Shown one piece after another: positions 28,946 through 39,470 of a stretch of 64,000 nucleotides of DNA. Position 1 is the stretch's first letter; every line of letters starts with the position of its first letter. This DNA is from Bdellovibrio sp. (GTDB lineage Bacteria > Bdellovibrionota > Bdellovibrionia > Bdellovibrionales > Bdellovibrionaceae). Both the position numbers and the translations under genes were made by a program. The stretch is taken from contig JAKFBS010000001.1 in the NCBI GenBank assembly GCA_036677065.1, forward strand, positions 416,001 through 480,000. Direction: 5' to 3'. The notes under the pieces are model-generated. The model was given only the letters and a program-made list of their open reading frames with translations, ran no database searches and was not told the DNA's origin.

Positions 28946-30343
28946 ATGAAATCATTACTGACTTTAGGTTTGCTTGTTTTTTCTCAATCTGTTTTTGCCG
29001 GAAATTCTTTAAGCACAAAAATTCACAATCAATATGTCTCGTTACGTGCATTAGGAATGGGTAATGCTTTCACAGCAGTTGCTGATGATTATACTTTAAT
29101 TATGTATAATCCTGCGGGCTTTGCGAAAAAGAAAAATAACGAAGTTCAATTCACACTTTTGGGTGCTGGTGGCGCAAAAGAAACTATGGATTTTGCTAAA
29201 GATGTTCAAGATGCCAGTGATACAGAAGGTTCAGACACTGACAAAGCGAATGCTATTTCTACAGTTATTGATAAATACGCCGGCGACACAATGGGCGGCC
29301 GTTTTCAGGCTGCAGAAATGTTTTGGATCAGAAAACACTGGGGTTTTGCTTTAATTCCGGTAGATCTTTCATTAGATGTCACTGTTGATAAGCAACTTGG
29401 CCCAACAGTTGATTTAAATGTTATCAAAGATTCAACTTTGGCCATCGGCGGTGGTGGTGAAGTGAATAAAGAATTATCTTGGGGTTTAACTTTAAAAGGA
29501 ATTCACCGTTTACAAGTATCAGAAAAACTTGTGGCCTTACAGTTAGCGACAGAGCCTGATCTAGTGAGTGCTGATCGCGCAACAGAAGGTTTTGCTTTAG
29601 ACGCTGATATTGGATTTTTATATTCACCATCTTGGTTTAGTAAATCAGTAACAAAACGAGTTCCGGCACAAGCTTCTGCCACGGTAAAAGTTAAAAAAGC
29701 TAAGGCTCGTATAGAAGAAGCCAAAGTTCCAGAAACAGTTGGCGCCGATGGTTTAAGTTTAACCATCGACGGAGCTTCTGAAACAGTAAAAGTTGCGGCT
29801 GAAACTGCATCAGGCACTGTTGAAACAGCTTCTGGCACAGCTGAAGTAAAAGAAGAACCAAAAGAAGACAAAAAAGAATCAAAAATGGTTGATGTCGTCG
29901 AAGAAACTTATCCACTTACTTTTTCATTTGTAGCCAGAAACGTTTTAGCATCAAACTTTGCTAAGCAAAAATTAATCAATAAAGACGCAACTGAAGCTCC
30001 AGAAAAGTTAGAGCGTGTATTTGATATTGGTTCGCAATATGAATTCGCAACGTTTGGAAGTTTAACTTTACGTGCAATGCTCGATTTCAAAAATTTAAAT
30101 CACCCGCAAGCAACAACAACAGCCAAAACAACACACGCTGGGTTAGAATTTGATTATTCACCAAGTGGTTGGTTTAAGGCGCAGTTCCGCGGTGGTATGA
30201 ACCAAGGTTACTACACAGCGGGAACTACATTGCTTTTAGGATTTTTTAATATCGAAGCTGCGACGTATGGAGAAGAAGTTGGAACTGCTTCAAACAAGGT
30301 TGAAAACCGTATCTACGCCGCTAAGTTCGGAATGAATTTTTAA
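28946..30343 (+). CDS. Outer-membrane beta-barrel protein (TraF-like/PorV-like) with low-complexity insertion
   Basis: RALGMGNAFTAVADD…YNPAG; GMNQGY; ends FGMNF. Confidence 0.7.
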   Translation: MKSLLTLGLLVFSQSVFAGNSLSTKIHNQYVSLRALGMGNAFTAVADDYTLIMYNPAGFAKKKNNEVQFTLLGAGGAKETMDFAKDVQDASDTEGSDTDKANAISTVIDKYAGDTMGGRFQAAEMFWIRKHWGFALIPVDLSLDVTVDKQLGPTVDLNVIKDSTLAIGGGGEVNKELSWGLTLKGIHRLQVSEKLVALQLATEPDLVSADRATEGFALDADIGFLYSPSWFSKSVTKRVPAQASATVKVKKAKARIEEAKVPETVGADGLSLTIDGASETVKVAAETASGTVETASGTAEVKEEPKEDKKESKMVDVVEETYPLTFSFVARNVLASNFAKQKLINKDATEAPEKLERVFDIGSQYEFATFGSLTLRAMLDFKNLNHPQATTTAKTTHAGLEFDYSPSGWFKAQFRGGMNQGYYTAGTTLLLGFFNIEAATYGEEVGTASNKVENRIYAAKFGMNF

Positions 30344-31026
30344 TTAGCAGGACAAGGAAGACCGGGATAAGCATTTCCGGTCAATTTATACTTTAAGCAA
30401 GCGCCAACATCTGCGGGTGTGGCTTCAGCTACAGCGCCTTCAAGCTCACCACAAAAACTTTGTAAAGCTTCGCCGCTGCCACTTTGACCACTACAGCTGC
30501 TCTCATAAGTTGCTAATACAACTTCACCCAGAACGACTGCAGGCATTGAATCAATAGCTGTCGCAAACTCAGCAGGAGTTGTTGCAGATGCGCCTAGTGT
30601 ATTCGCTAATGTTGATATCTGCACTAATGAGCTTAATTGAGAATAGACGGGGATGCCCGAGACATTACAAACATCAAATGCTGCCGATGATTTTACAGAA
30701 GAGGTAAATTTTAATTGTGAAATCATACCAACTGTACCGTCGCTTCCTTCAGCGGCTTCAATCGCATCTAAAAGTCTAGTCGGAGTTCCAAACCCTTCTT
30801 CAATAAAGTAAGCGGCACATTTTAACTGCGAAGCCTGTTCAGAAGTATTAGCTGATAATTTTGAAACGCAACTCTGCGCTGTTGCTGTTGTCGCCGTATT
30901 TAAACACATCTGCGCATCTTTAATAGTGTCTAATTCACTCTCTTTAGAACAAGAAGTAAATGTCATAACTGCTGTTAGAGCAGTTGCAGATAGAAGCGTT
31001 ATAGTTTTTGTTGCAGTAGTTTTCAT
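30340..31026 (-). CDS. Hypothetical Cys-containing lipoprotein
   Basis: Start MKTTATK at 31026 behind AAGGA; lipobox FTSC. Confidence 0.7.
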   Translation of the reverse strand: MKTTATKTITLLSATALTAVMTFTSCSKESELDTIKDAQMCLNTATTATAQSCVSKLSANTSEQASQLKCAAYFIEEGFGTPTRLLDAIEAAEGSDGTVGMISQLKFTSSVKSSAAFDVCNVSGIPVYSQLSSLVQISTLANTLGASATTPAEFATAIDSMPAVVLGEVVLATYESSCSGQSGSGEALQSFCGELEGAVAEATPADVGACLKYKLTGNAYPGLPCPAN

Positions 31027-31039
31027 ATTCAGTGTCCTT

Positions 31040-31684
31040 TTAAGCTGCTGACTTTTCATCAGAAGTTTTGTCAATAAGGTCGTCATTGGCATCTTTGTTT
31101 TTATAAACTTTTTGTAATTCAAATAATGAGGCGAAGCTGATTGGCTCTGGTGCCAATATTTTTGCACGGCGATCAAAGTTATTATAACGGCTGGCGTGTT
31201 TGCTTAAAGCTTTACTAACCACAACCATATCGTTAATTAAGCGCACGATATTGATTTCGTTTTTGAAATCAGTGCCCATAAAATCACATTTATCAGTATC
31301 GACTGCAGCAGCATGTGCGGCTTCAGAGTTTTTGTCGACATTTGCTAAATCAATAAAGCTATTAATTTTTTTGCAGAGGTCGATGTAATCTTGAAAGTCT
31401 GTGTTTTTTTCGAAACTTAAATCAGATAGTTGCGTTAAGCTAATATCGATTGGTTCGCCTGTCGTGATGCTGGCTGGGTACGTTGCTCTGAAACGCTTGG
31501 CTTTCTTTTTCACACGGTTTTTAAGATTGATGCGAAAGGCTGCCATTTTAGCTTCAACTTTTGAAATCTCATCGCGCAATGTGCGCTTTTTCATGCTTCG
31601 TAAAACATGCAAGACGATAAAGGTTCCAAAACCCATAATCGTGATTTTAACTATTAAACCGAGTAGAACTAATATGCCATCCAC
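31040..31684 (-). CDS. Hypothetical membrane-anchored protein
   Basis: 214-aa ORF, N-terminal TM, GTG start. Confidence 0.65.
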   Translation of the reverse strand: MDGILVLLGLIVKITIMGFGTFIVLHVLRSMKKRTLRDEISKVEAKMAAFRINLKNRVKKKAKRFRATYPASITTGEPIDISLTQLSDLSFEKNTDFQDYIDLCKKINSFIDLANVDKNSEAAHAAAVDTDKCDFMGTDFKNEINIVRLINDMVVVSKALSKHASRYNNFDRRAKILAPEPISFASLFELQKVYKNKDANDDLIDKTSDEKSAA

Positions 31685-31691
31685 ATCTAAT

Positions 31692-31720
31692 TCATCGGTT
31701 TCTTAGGGGTGAATATTTAA
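31692..31720 (-). promoter_or_regulatory. Putative sigma28/FliA promoter
   Basis: TTAAA-N16-ACCGATGA, 7 nt before GTG 31684. Confidence 0.5.
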
Positions 31721-31841
31721 TGCAGAATTCTTAAAATCAGGGGCCCTGTCATTAAAGCTCACTTTGAAACAATTTTTGTACAGTGACGATAAGTTTGACA
31801 GTGTTTGGCTGCTCAGACCCTCTTAAAATGAGACGCTCATT

Positions 31842-31857
31842 TGGCTTAAGATGTGCT
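31842..31857 (+). promoter_or_regulatory. Putative sigma54 promoter
   Basis: TGGCTTAAGATGTGCT. Confidence 0.65.
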
Positions 31858-31905
31858 TTGTAGTTCCTTGTTGAAGTTTATTAAAACCAATTGAGGGATT
31901 AGATT

Positions 31906-33057
31906 ATGAAAAAATTAAACGTTAAAGCAGCACTTGTTTTATCATTATTGGCTTTTTCTGCCTGTGATAAAGGTGGCGGTGGCTCAAGTACTCCACAAGT
32001 CGTGGGTGTGCCTGGTGTAACGCTTCGACAATATAATGTGGTTGCCGGTCAAAACTGTAATGTTAATGGCGACAATACTTATGTATGTACTGAAAACGGC
32101 CGCTCAATCGGCAATATTGGTTACAGCAGCTTACAAAATTTTTGCGAAATCTTAATGAATGATCAAGCAAATGGATATGTGGCTCGTTACACACGTCAAA
32201 TGATGTATCAAGAGCAATGTTCTGGAGCGCAAAACAACGGTTTTTGTGGTGCTGGCGCAGTTATGCAAAATGGCGTTTGTGTGAATAACAACGGAAACTT
32301 TCCGGGCACAATTAATCCAGGCAACGGAACTATTATCAATGACCCAAATATGAAATCAGTATCTTGCCAGTTGTATGTTAAAAAAGGCAATACGATGGGT
32401 GATACAGGTTTAATGAATGTGCAAGTTATTCAAAATAACCAATCTGGAGTAAATATTTTTGCGTTTACTAACGCTCAGTACAAAAAGAAATTTTTAGGCT
32501 TTATTAATGTACAGGGTAATAAATTTTCTAATTCTGAAAAATTAGCTAACGTAAAAATGTATTACACTAAAGAAACCGGTAAAGCTGATATGATCAAACT
32601 AGAAGCTACTGGAGTTGATGGAGAGTTAAGCGCGTCAGTAACTGGTTTTGCTGGTTCTGAAACTAAACTTGAGATCGCACCGCAAGATGAATACAGCGAT
32701 GCAACAACACTTGGAATTTCTTGTGTGGCTCAAGGAGCAACAACTGGTAATGCTCAAGCTTATAAAGCTTACCGTTGTAAAGGCGAAGAAAAAGATGGAA
32801 CTAAAGTAACTAAAATTGATTATGCGAGCCCATACAATGACGACATTATGAATCAGTCATTTGATTTAAGTAAGTCAGCAAAGTTACACACTGAAGGATC
32901 TCTTGCTACAGACGCAGGAACTGCAACGTTCGAACAAATCGCACGTTACGGAATTGACTCTTCAGTTAGCACAAAATCAAACATCACGACGCCGTCGTCT
33001 GTGAGTGTTCGCCGTGCAAACTACAAATTAAATGTTGAGTGTAAACCAGTTCAGTAG
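31906..33057 (+). CDS. Hypothetical Cys/Asn/Gly-rich lipoprotein
   Basis: Lipobox FSAC; multiple Cys; own promoter and terminator. Confidence 0.75.
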   Translation: MKKLNVKAALVLSLLAFSACDKGGGGSSTPQVVGVPGVTLRQYNVVAGQNCNVNGDNTYVCTENGRSIGNIGYSSLQNFCEILMNDQANGYVARYTRQMMYQEQCSGAQNNGFCGAGAVMQNGVCVNNNGNFPGTINPGNGTIINDPNMKSVSCQLYVKKGNTMGDTGLMNVQVIQNNQSGVNIFAFTNAQYKKKFLGFINVQGNKFSNSEKLANVKMYYTKETGKADMIKLEATGVDGELSASVTGFAGSETKLEIAPQDEYSDATTLGISCVAQGATTGNAQAYKAYRCKGEEKDGTKVTKIDYASPYNDDIMNQSFDLSKSAKLHTEGSLATDAGTATFEQIARYGIDSSVSTKSNITTPSSVSVRRANYKLNVECKPVQ

Positions 33058-33105
33058 TTGTTGGTTGTTCTGGTCTTTCGACCTAAAATTCTATGAGATT
33101 TAAAC

Positions 33106-33132
33106 AAAGGGTCTTAGCAATAAGACCCTTTT
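33106..33132 (+). terminator. Rho-independent terminator
   Basis: AAAGGGTCTTA-gcaa-TAAGACCCTTTT. Confidence 0.8.
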
Positions 33133-33205
33133 GTCGTCTTATTGCGTTAAATATCTGTATTGACCATAAAATTCTAAATTCCTAGACTTAAACGATAGCA
33201 ACTAG

Positions 33206-34276
<1,071 letters not shown>

Positions 34277-34285
34277 TATTGAAGA

Positions 34286-35614
34286 ATGCCGATTGAATCC
34301 TTCAAAAAACTTTGGGTAAGTTGCCACTTACTTTATCCGAATCCATCGCAAGCGCGCGATATTTTCGGTTTGATTGTTGAATCAGGCATTGATCATAAAA
34401 GTTCTGCGTATGGCCAAGTTTTTCAGGGCCTTCAAAAATTATATAAAATTTATCGTCGTCGGATCCCGGTAAAATCGGGATCTAATAATTTTGAATTCAC
34501 AATGACGCCAATGAATTACTGGAAGCGCGTCTTACAAAAATGCAATAAAGACGAAACCTTTATCGTGATGGTGATTCTTTTAGAACTAGCCACGTTTAAA
34601 GATATTTCGCGCATGACTCGTATTGCTGAAAGCAAAGTTAAATATTTATTTAATCAAAGTATTAAAAAAATGATTTCTTCGCCGGCCTTACGCTTCGAGC
34701 AAAAAAAAGAAATTAAACTTAAAGAATACAACAGCCACGATATAACAGCCTTATTTGTCAGTGAATATTTGATTGAATACACCTTGGGTTTAACTGAAGG
34801 TTCTGTGGCTGAAAAAATGGAAGCTAAGCTTAAAGATAATAATCGCTATGCAGATTATCGTAGCGAAATCTTAAAATTTAAAGCCGAGCTCGTTGATTTA
34901 ACTGTCAGTCATCACTTTGATGAAGTGATGAAGATCTATGGTAATACAGCGCAGTTACAGAATTTAAAAAAATTAGAAGTTAAACAGCAAAAAAGAATTT
35001 TTACAGGGCTCGTGTTTTTAATCATAATCGTCATCGGTTTGATTTTACGGCCATCGTTTTTAAAAACCCCGATGAGCGAAATTAAAGCCACTAAAGTTGT
35101 TTTAGAAGAAATTGAAATTTCAAAAAAAGAAGCTCCTGAGGGCCAAGAAATATCAACTGCGGCAGCTACAAGTATGACAACCACTGTTTCTATACCTGTT
35201 GTGGTCAGCAACAAAGTGGTGGCCGTGACTTCAGCTCCGGTTGTGGCGAAAGCAAAACCAATCATTACCGCAGCTACAAAAAATAATACGGCCGCTTCGA
35301 CGCCGGTGAAAATGGTTGCGACGACGGGAGTCTATCGCGGCTCTATTACCGTAACAGATTTCGAACAGGTCACGTCTATTATTCGTGACCGTGTTATCGC
35401 TGTCGGTGGCAAAAAAGCCGGCGAAGTTGAGTTAGGTTGGATTAAAAATCAGAATATCAGCTATTTTCATTTTATTTTTCCGACTGAAAAGCGTGGAGAG
35501 ATCGTAACTTTTGTTCAGCAATACGGAAACTTAAAATATAAATTTGAACCACATCCGCGGGTGCTGCCATTAGGTCAAAGTCGTTTCATTATCGAGGTAC
35601 GTAAAGGTGAGTAA
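34286..35614 (+). CDS. Single-pass membrane protein; N-terminus resembles degenerate sigma region 4 plus anti-sigma domain
   Basis: ATFKDISRMTRIAESKVKYLFNQSIKKM; LIEYTLG…EKMEAKL; TM; Ala/Thr/Val linker; C-terminal GGKKAGEVELGW domain. Confidence 0.6.
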   Translation: MPIESFKKLWVSCHLLYPNPSQARDIFGLIVESGIDHKSSAYGQVFQGLQKLYKIYRRRIPVKSGSNNFEFTMTPMNYWKRVLQKCNKDETFIVMVILLELATFKDISRMTRIAESKVKYLFNQSIKKMISSPALRFEQKKEIKLKEYNSHDITALFVSEYLIEYTLGLTEGSVAEKMEAKLKDNNRYADYRSEILKFKAELVDLTVSHHFDEVMKIYGNTAQLQNLKKLEVKQQKRIFTGLVFLIIIVIGLILRPSFLKTPMSEIKATKVVLEEIEISKKEAPEGQEISTAAATSMTTTVSIPVVVSNKVVAVTSAPVVAKAKPIITAATKNNTAASTPVKMVATTGVYRGSITVTDFEQVTSIIRDRVIAVGGKKAGEVELGWIKNQNISYFHFIFPTEKRGEIVTFVQQYGNLKYKFEPHPRVLPLGQSRFIIEVRKGE

Positions 35615-37547
35615 AAAGAAAACTTCAACTTTAGGTAAGAATTATCGCTCGCTAAGATCAATTTTAATTGTCTGGTTTACATTGTTTTCGATTATTCCTT
35701 TATTGTTTGTGGGTTGGTATTCAGTTTTTAAATTCGAAAAAGCCTTTGACCAGGAAGTTTCTCAGCGTTTACAGGGTAATGGCCGCGAAATTGAATCGAT
35801 CTTGGCTGATTATTATCGCGCAGTGCAAACGCAAAAAGACCGTTATGCGATTGACCCCCAGGTGGCGGCATCGCTGGCTATGGCCGACCGGGGCTCATTA
35901 AATAGTATTTCTATTGATTGGATCAGCCGCAGCCCGATTACGGCATTGTCATTTTATGACCGCGACGGGCGTTTGATCACTACTTCGTACCGTGACGATA
36001 AAAATCAGATTCGTCATTTTGAATTAACAGCCGAAAAGATTTTATTAAATGAAAAATATTTATCAAATTTAAAAGACAAAACAGACATTGGCTTTGTTGA
36101 TGAATCAAAAACCAAGGTTTCGTTAATTTTATTCTCAAAAGTGATGAATGCTAATGGTAAACACGTTGGTTATTTTGAACAAATCATAGAGTTAAAAGAA
36201 TCATTTTTAACGCGTGTTCGGTCGCGTTTAAAAATCGAATCTTTTTTAATTTCAGATAAAAAAGAAATGATCGCGGCTTCGCGTAATGAATTTCGCGGAA
36301 TCAACTTAGTTGGCAGCAAAATTTCTGATGATAAATTAGTAGATTATAATCTTTATAATCAAAATTACGGCTTTATTTTGTACCCCTTAAGCTGGGACAG
36401 ATCGAAATTCTTTATCGGTCTTGGAACCTTAAAAAAAGACTCACAAGCCATTTTAAAAAATGTAAATATCGCTTTCGTGACAGTCGTCTCGGTAGTTTCG
36501 GTGTTTCTGATCCTAACAATTTTAATCACTACGAACTGGTTCTTAAAGCCGGTTGAACGTTTAATGAATGGGTTCAAATCGTTTGATCGCAATGAACAGC
36601 TGACCCAGCTTCCGGTAAATAATAAAACAGAAATTGGTCTTTTAACAGAAGCCTTCAATGAAATGAGTTATAAAGTATTTCAGGCGCGAATGGATTTACG
36701 TAAAAAAATTAAAGAGCTTGAGAAAACAAATTCTGAACTTGTCGAAGCCCAAACCAAACTAGTTCATTCAGCGAAAATGACAAGCTTAGGTCAGCTTGTG
36801 GCCGGTGTTGCACACGAATTAAATAATCCGATTGGCTTTATTTACAGTAATATGACGCATTTAAAAGAATACACTGACAATCTTTTTAACGTGATTGATT
36901 CAGTCAAAGATCAAGACCCAGAAGTTCGAAAAAAAATCTCTGATATGGATTACGAATTCGTCAAATCAGATCTGCCTAGGTTAATTAAATCTTGCCAAGA
37001 CGGTGCACAAAGAACCCGTGATATCGTGATTGGTCTGCGCAACTTCTCACGTTTAGAAGAGGCCCAGCTCAAAGAAATCGATATTCAGGAATCTTTAGAC
37101 ACCACGCTTGAAATTTTACAGAGTGAAATTAAAAACCGCATTGTCGTGCATAAGCAGTATGAACCGATTCCAAAAGTATTGTGTTTTGCTTCGCAAATTA
37201 ATCAGGTTTTTATGAATATTTTAGCCAATGCTTTGCAGGCAATTAAAGATAATGGCGAAATCTGGATTACCACTATTCCGTTAAAGGCCGGTCCTGATCA
37301 AATTGGCAGAGTACAAATCTCTGTGCAAGATTCTGGATCTGGAATGGATGCACAAACTTTAGAAAAAATCTTTGAGCCATTCTTTACGACCAAAGGTGTC
37401 GGGCAAGGCACGGGGTTGGGATTAAGTATTTCATACGGAATTATCCAAAATCACGGCGGCGAGATTCAGGTGCGGTCACAAAAAGGGGTAGGCACTGAGT
37501 TCGTAATCATTATTCCGATCAATCCGCCAAAAAATTTGCGCGTTTGA
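35607..37547 (+). CDS. Membrane sensor histidine kinase (HAMP-HisKA-HATPase)
   Basis: SLGQLVAGVAHELNNP, NQVFMNILANA, DSGSG, FEPFFTTK, GTGLGL. Confidence 0.93.
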   Translation: MSKKKTSTLGKNYRSLRSILIVWFTLFSIIPLLFVGWYSVFKFEKAFDQEVSQRLQGNGREIESILADYYRAVQTQKDRYAIDPQVAASLAMADRGSLNSISIDWISRSPITALSFYDRDGRLITTSYRDDKNQIRHFELTAEKILLNEKYLSNLKDKTDIGFVDESKTKVSLILFSKVMNANGKHVGYFEQIIELKESFLTRVRSRLKIESFLISDKKEMIAASRNEFRGINLVGSKISDDKLVDYNLYNQNYGFILYPLSWDRSKFFIGLGTLKKDSQAILKNVNIAFVTVVSVVSVFLILTILITTNWFLKPVERLMNGFKSFDRNEQLTQLPVNNKTEIGLLTEAFNEMSYKVFQARMDLRKKIKELEKTNSELVEAQTKLVHSAKMTSLGQLVAGVAHELNNPIGFIYSNMTHLKEYTDNLFNVIDSVKDQDPEVRKKISDMDYEFVKSDLPRLIKSCQDGAQRTRDIVIGLRNFSRLEEAQLKEIDIQESLDTTLEILQSEIKNRIVVHKQYEPIPKVLCFASQINQVFMNILANALQAIKDNGEIWITTIPLKAGPDQIGRVQISVQDSGSGMDAQTLEKIFEPFFTTKGVGQGTGLGLSISYGIIQNHGGEIQVRSQKGVGTEFVIIIPINPPKNLRV

Positions 37548-37575
37548 TTCATTCTGAGACAGATGCCTAAACTAT

Positions 37576-37604
37576 TTTAAGTTCATCCAGGTTTATGCCG
37601 ATAA
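37576..37604 (+). promoter_or_regulatory. Sigma28/FliA promoter, near-consensus
   Basis: TTTAAG-N15-GCCGATAA, 7 nt before GTG 37612. Confidence 0.8.
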
Positions 37605-37611
37605 GCTAGAC

Positions 37612-38172
37612 GTGCAAGGCATCAATAAATTTCTTAATTTAGTGATCATTTTAGGTTGTGTGGTAATCGGTTATTTTTTTTATCAGGCCAAAACTGAAAA
37701 TGATAAATCAGTTCGAGCTCAGCAGCATTCTGCAGAGCAAAGTTCTGTGCGCCCTGCAATGGATCCGCAAGATTTAGCCAATAAATATCTGCAGCAAGCC
37801 CAGCAAAATTTAGCAGCTGATAAGATCAAAGCCGAGATCAACATTAAAAAAGCAATGATTGAATCTCAACAGGCGCATCATCCAAAAGTTGTTGAAACCG
37901 ATCCATCTAAGGTGCCAATCGATCAACAGATTTGGAAAGAACCAGTTGAGCAGAAGCCGCTTGATCAGCGCTATTCAGAACATTTAGCTCCTAAAAATGG
38001 CGAAATCGACAAGCAAGAATACATTCGCCAATTTAAAGAAAATGCACGCAAAAATGGTTATGAAATCACGGTGAACGAGGATCTTGAAGTCACAAGCGTT
38101 ACGCCCATTCGTAAACCACAAAATTCAAAAAACGACTATGATTCAAATGGTTCGTCTGAATCAGAATACTAA
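37612..38172 (+). CDS. Hypothetical membrane-anchored protein
   Basis: N-terminal TM, Gln-rich helical region, C-terminal EYIRQFKENARKNGY. Confidence 0.7.
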   Translation: MQGINKFLNLVIILGCVVIGYFFYQAKTENDKSVRAQQHSAEQSSVRPAMDPQDLANKYLQQAQQNLAADKIKAEINIKKAMIESQQAHHPKVVETDPSKVPIDQQIWKEPVEQKPLDQRYSEHLAPKNGEIDKQEYIRQFKENARKNGYEITVNEDLEVTSVTPIRKPQNSKNDYDSNGSSESEY

Positions 38173-38212
38173 AACAGTTTAGCTTCGCTTCCTAAAATAG
38201 TTTAGCTTCGCT
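38169..38212. repeat. 21-bp near-tandem direct repeat (1 mismatch) duplicating the 3' end of the RadC-like gene
   Basis: CTAAAACAGTTTAGCTTCGCT (38169-38189) and CTAAAATAGTTTAGCTTCGCT (38192-38212). Confidence 0.8.
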
Positions 38213-38608
38213 AAAACTAAAATACTTATCTTGCGTGTAAATCATGTGATCTAGGATGGGAATTTCTAATAACTTTGCACATCGTAATAGTTTTTTTGTA
38301 ATACGAACGTCTTCAAGTGATGGTTCAACACTTTGGCTTGTGTGATTGTGCGCAATAATTATCGCATAACAGTTTGCATGCACAGCTTCGCGAAACAAAT
38401 CGCGCGGGTGAATCTTACATGAATTTAATGTTCCCTTGTGCAGCATGACGGTTTTTATGAGTTCCATCTGATGTGTTAAGTACACACCCCAGAACTCTTC
38501 GGTATGGGGATTAAAGTTAGGTCGAAGCAGTTCAAATACTTTTTGAGCATTATCGATAATCTGATTAGGTTTGGCGCTGAAATCGCTATCGGCGGGGATC
38601 TTAGTCAT
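38192..38608 (-). CDS. radC: RadC-like JAB-domain protein (JAB domain only)
   Basis: EEFW…HPRDLFREA…IIAHNHTSQSVEPSLED…ILDH. Confidence 0.85.
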   Translation of the reverse strand: MTKIPADSDFSAKPNQIIDNAQKVFELLRPNFNPHTEEFWGVYLTHQMELIKTVMLHKGTLNSCKIHPRDLFREAVHANCYAIIIAHNHTSQSVEPSLEDVRITKKLLRCAKLLEIPILDHMIYTQDKYFSFSEAKLF

Positions 38609-38619
38609 AATGGCTTTTT

Positions 38620-38635
38620 AGCAACATAACGACCT
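38620..38635 (-). promoter_or_regulatory. Putative sigma54 promoter for radC
   Basis: AGGTCGTTATGTTGCT; expected start site falls at about the ATG. Confidence 0.55.
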
Positions 38636-38736
38636 AAGTGAGGCAAATTATATTGTTTGTCGCACTTGATTATCGTCCGGAAGATCGCTTCTCGTTTTCA
38701 TTCGGATCGTCTATGATTATTATTAAGAGGTACATC

Positions 38737-39327
38737 ATGAAAACTTTTGTTCTACTTGTTATTGTTTCTTTATCAATTTTATCGTGCGGTCCGAAAGCGT
38801 TTGTAAAAGGCACTTACGAAGATCCACAAAAAGAAAATCTTTTAAATGACCAATGGTCTGAAACAGACATGCAAGTCATGGTGAAAGAACTTGTGGCTTC
38901 AATGTTAGCTCACCCAGTGATCGCTAACGCAAAAACTCCACCGGTTGTGATGTTCACTAAACTTAAAAACGATACGAGCGATCATATCGACACACAAAGC
39001 ATTATCGACATGATGGCGGTTGAACTTGGTAACACGGGTAAAATCGTATTCGTAAATAAAGAAGCGCGTGATGACGTTGCAGACGAATATAACTATCAAA
39101 ACTCGGGAATGGTTTCTGCTGAAACTAAAAAAGGGCCGGGCGGTCAAACTGGAGCAGATTACTTCATCGACGGTCGTATCGCTTCTATTACTCAGCAAGT
39201 AGATAAAGATAAAACTGTGTATTACAAACTTACTTTGAGTTTAACGAATCTTCAAAAGAACACGAAGGTTTGGTCTAATCATAAAGAGATTCGTAAGAAG
39301 TTTAAGAAGAAAACTATTGGTCTTTAA
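38737..39327 (+). CDS. lpoB: Penicillin-binding protein activator LpoB-like lipoprotein
   Basis: Start 38737 behind GAGG; lipobox ILSC; WSETDMQ, KNDTSDHIDT, GADY, YYKLTLSLTNL. Confidence 0.75.
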   Translation: MKTFVLLVIVSLSILSCGPKAFVKGTYEDPQKENLLNDQWSETDMQVMVKELVASMLAHPVIANAKTPPVVMFTKLKNDTSDHIDTQSIIDMMAVELGNTGKIVFVNKEARDDVADEYNYQNSGMVSAETKKGPGGQTGADYFIDGRIASITQQVDKDKTVYYKLTLSLTNLQKNTKVWSNHKEIRKKFKKKTIGL

Positions 39328-39334
39328 TTGATCG

Positions 39335-39368
39335 AAAGGGCTCTGATCAACTCAGGGCCTTTTTTTTA
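39335..39368 (+). terminator. Rho-independent terminator
   Basis: AAAGGGCTCTGA-tcaac-TCAGGGCC followed by a long T-run. Confidence 0.75.
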
Positions 39369-39440
39369 TCTAAAATTCAAATTTTTAGCGCAAGAGAGAT
39401 GAGCGAAGTGAGAACTTCGTATGATTCAGCTTTTTGTTAC

Positions 39441-39465
39441 AAAAAAGCCGGCTTTTGGCCGGCTT
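39441..39465 (-). terminator. Rho-independent terminator
   Basis: AAGCCGGC-loop-GCCGGCTT with T6 on the minus strand. Confidence 0.75.
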
Positions 39466-39470
39466 AGTAA

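Noticed and set aside
28946..30343. TraF-like gene as conjugation system
   Set aside because: No relaxase, coupling protein or other tra/virB genes; consistent with an ordinary outer-membrane barrel
31027..31176. N-terminal extension of the 278-aa ORF in the track
   Set aside because: Overlaps the upstream gene; SD and lipoprotein signal fit a start at 31026
38192..38608. JAB domain as part of a CBASS or ubiquitin-like defence system
   Set aside because: RadC-type motif and no neighbouring E1/E2, cyclase or effector genes
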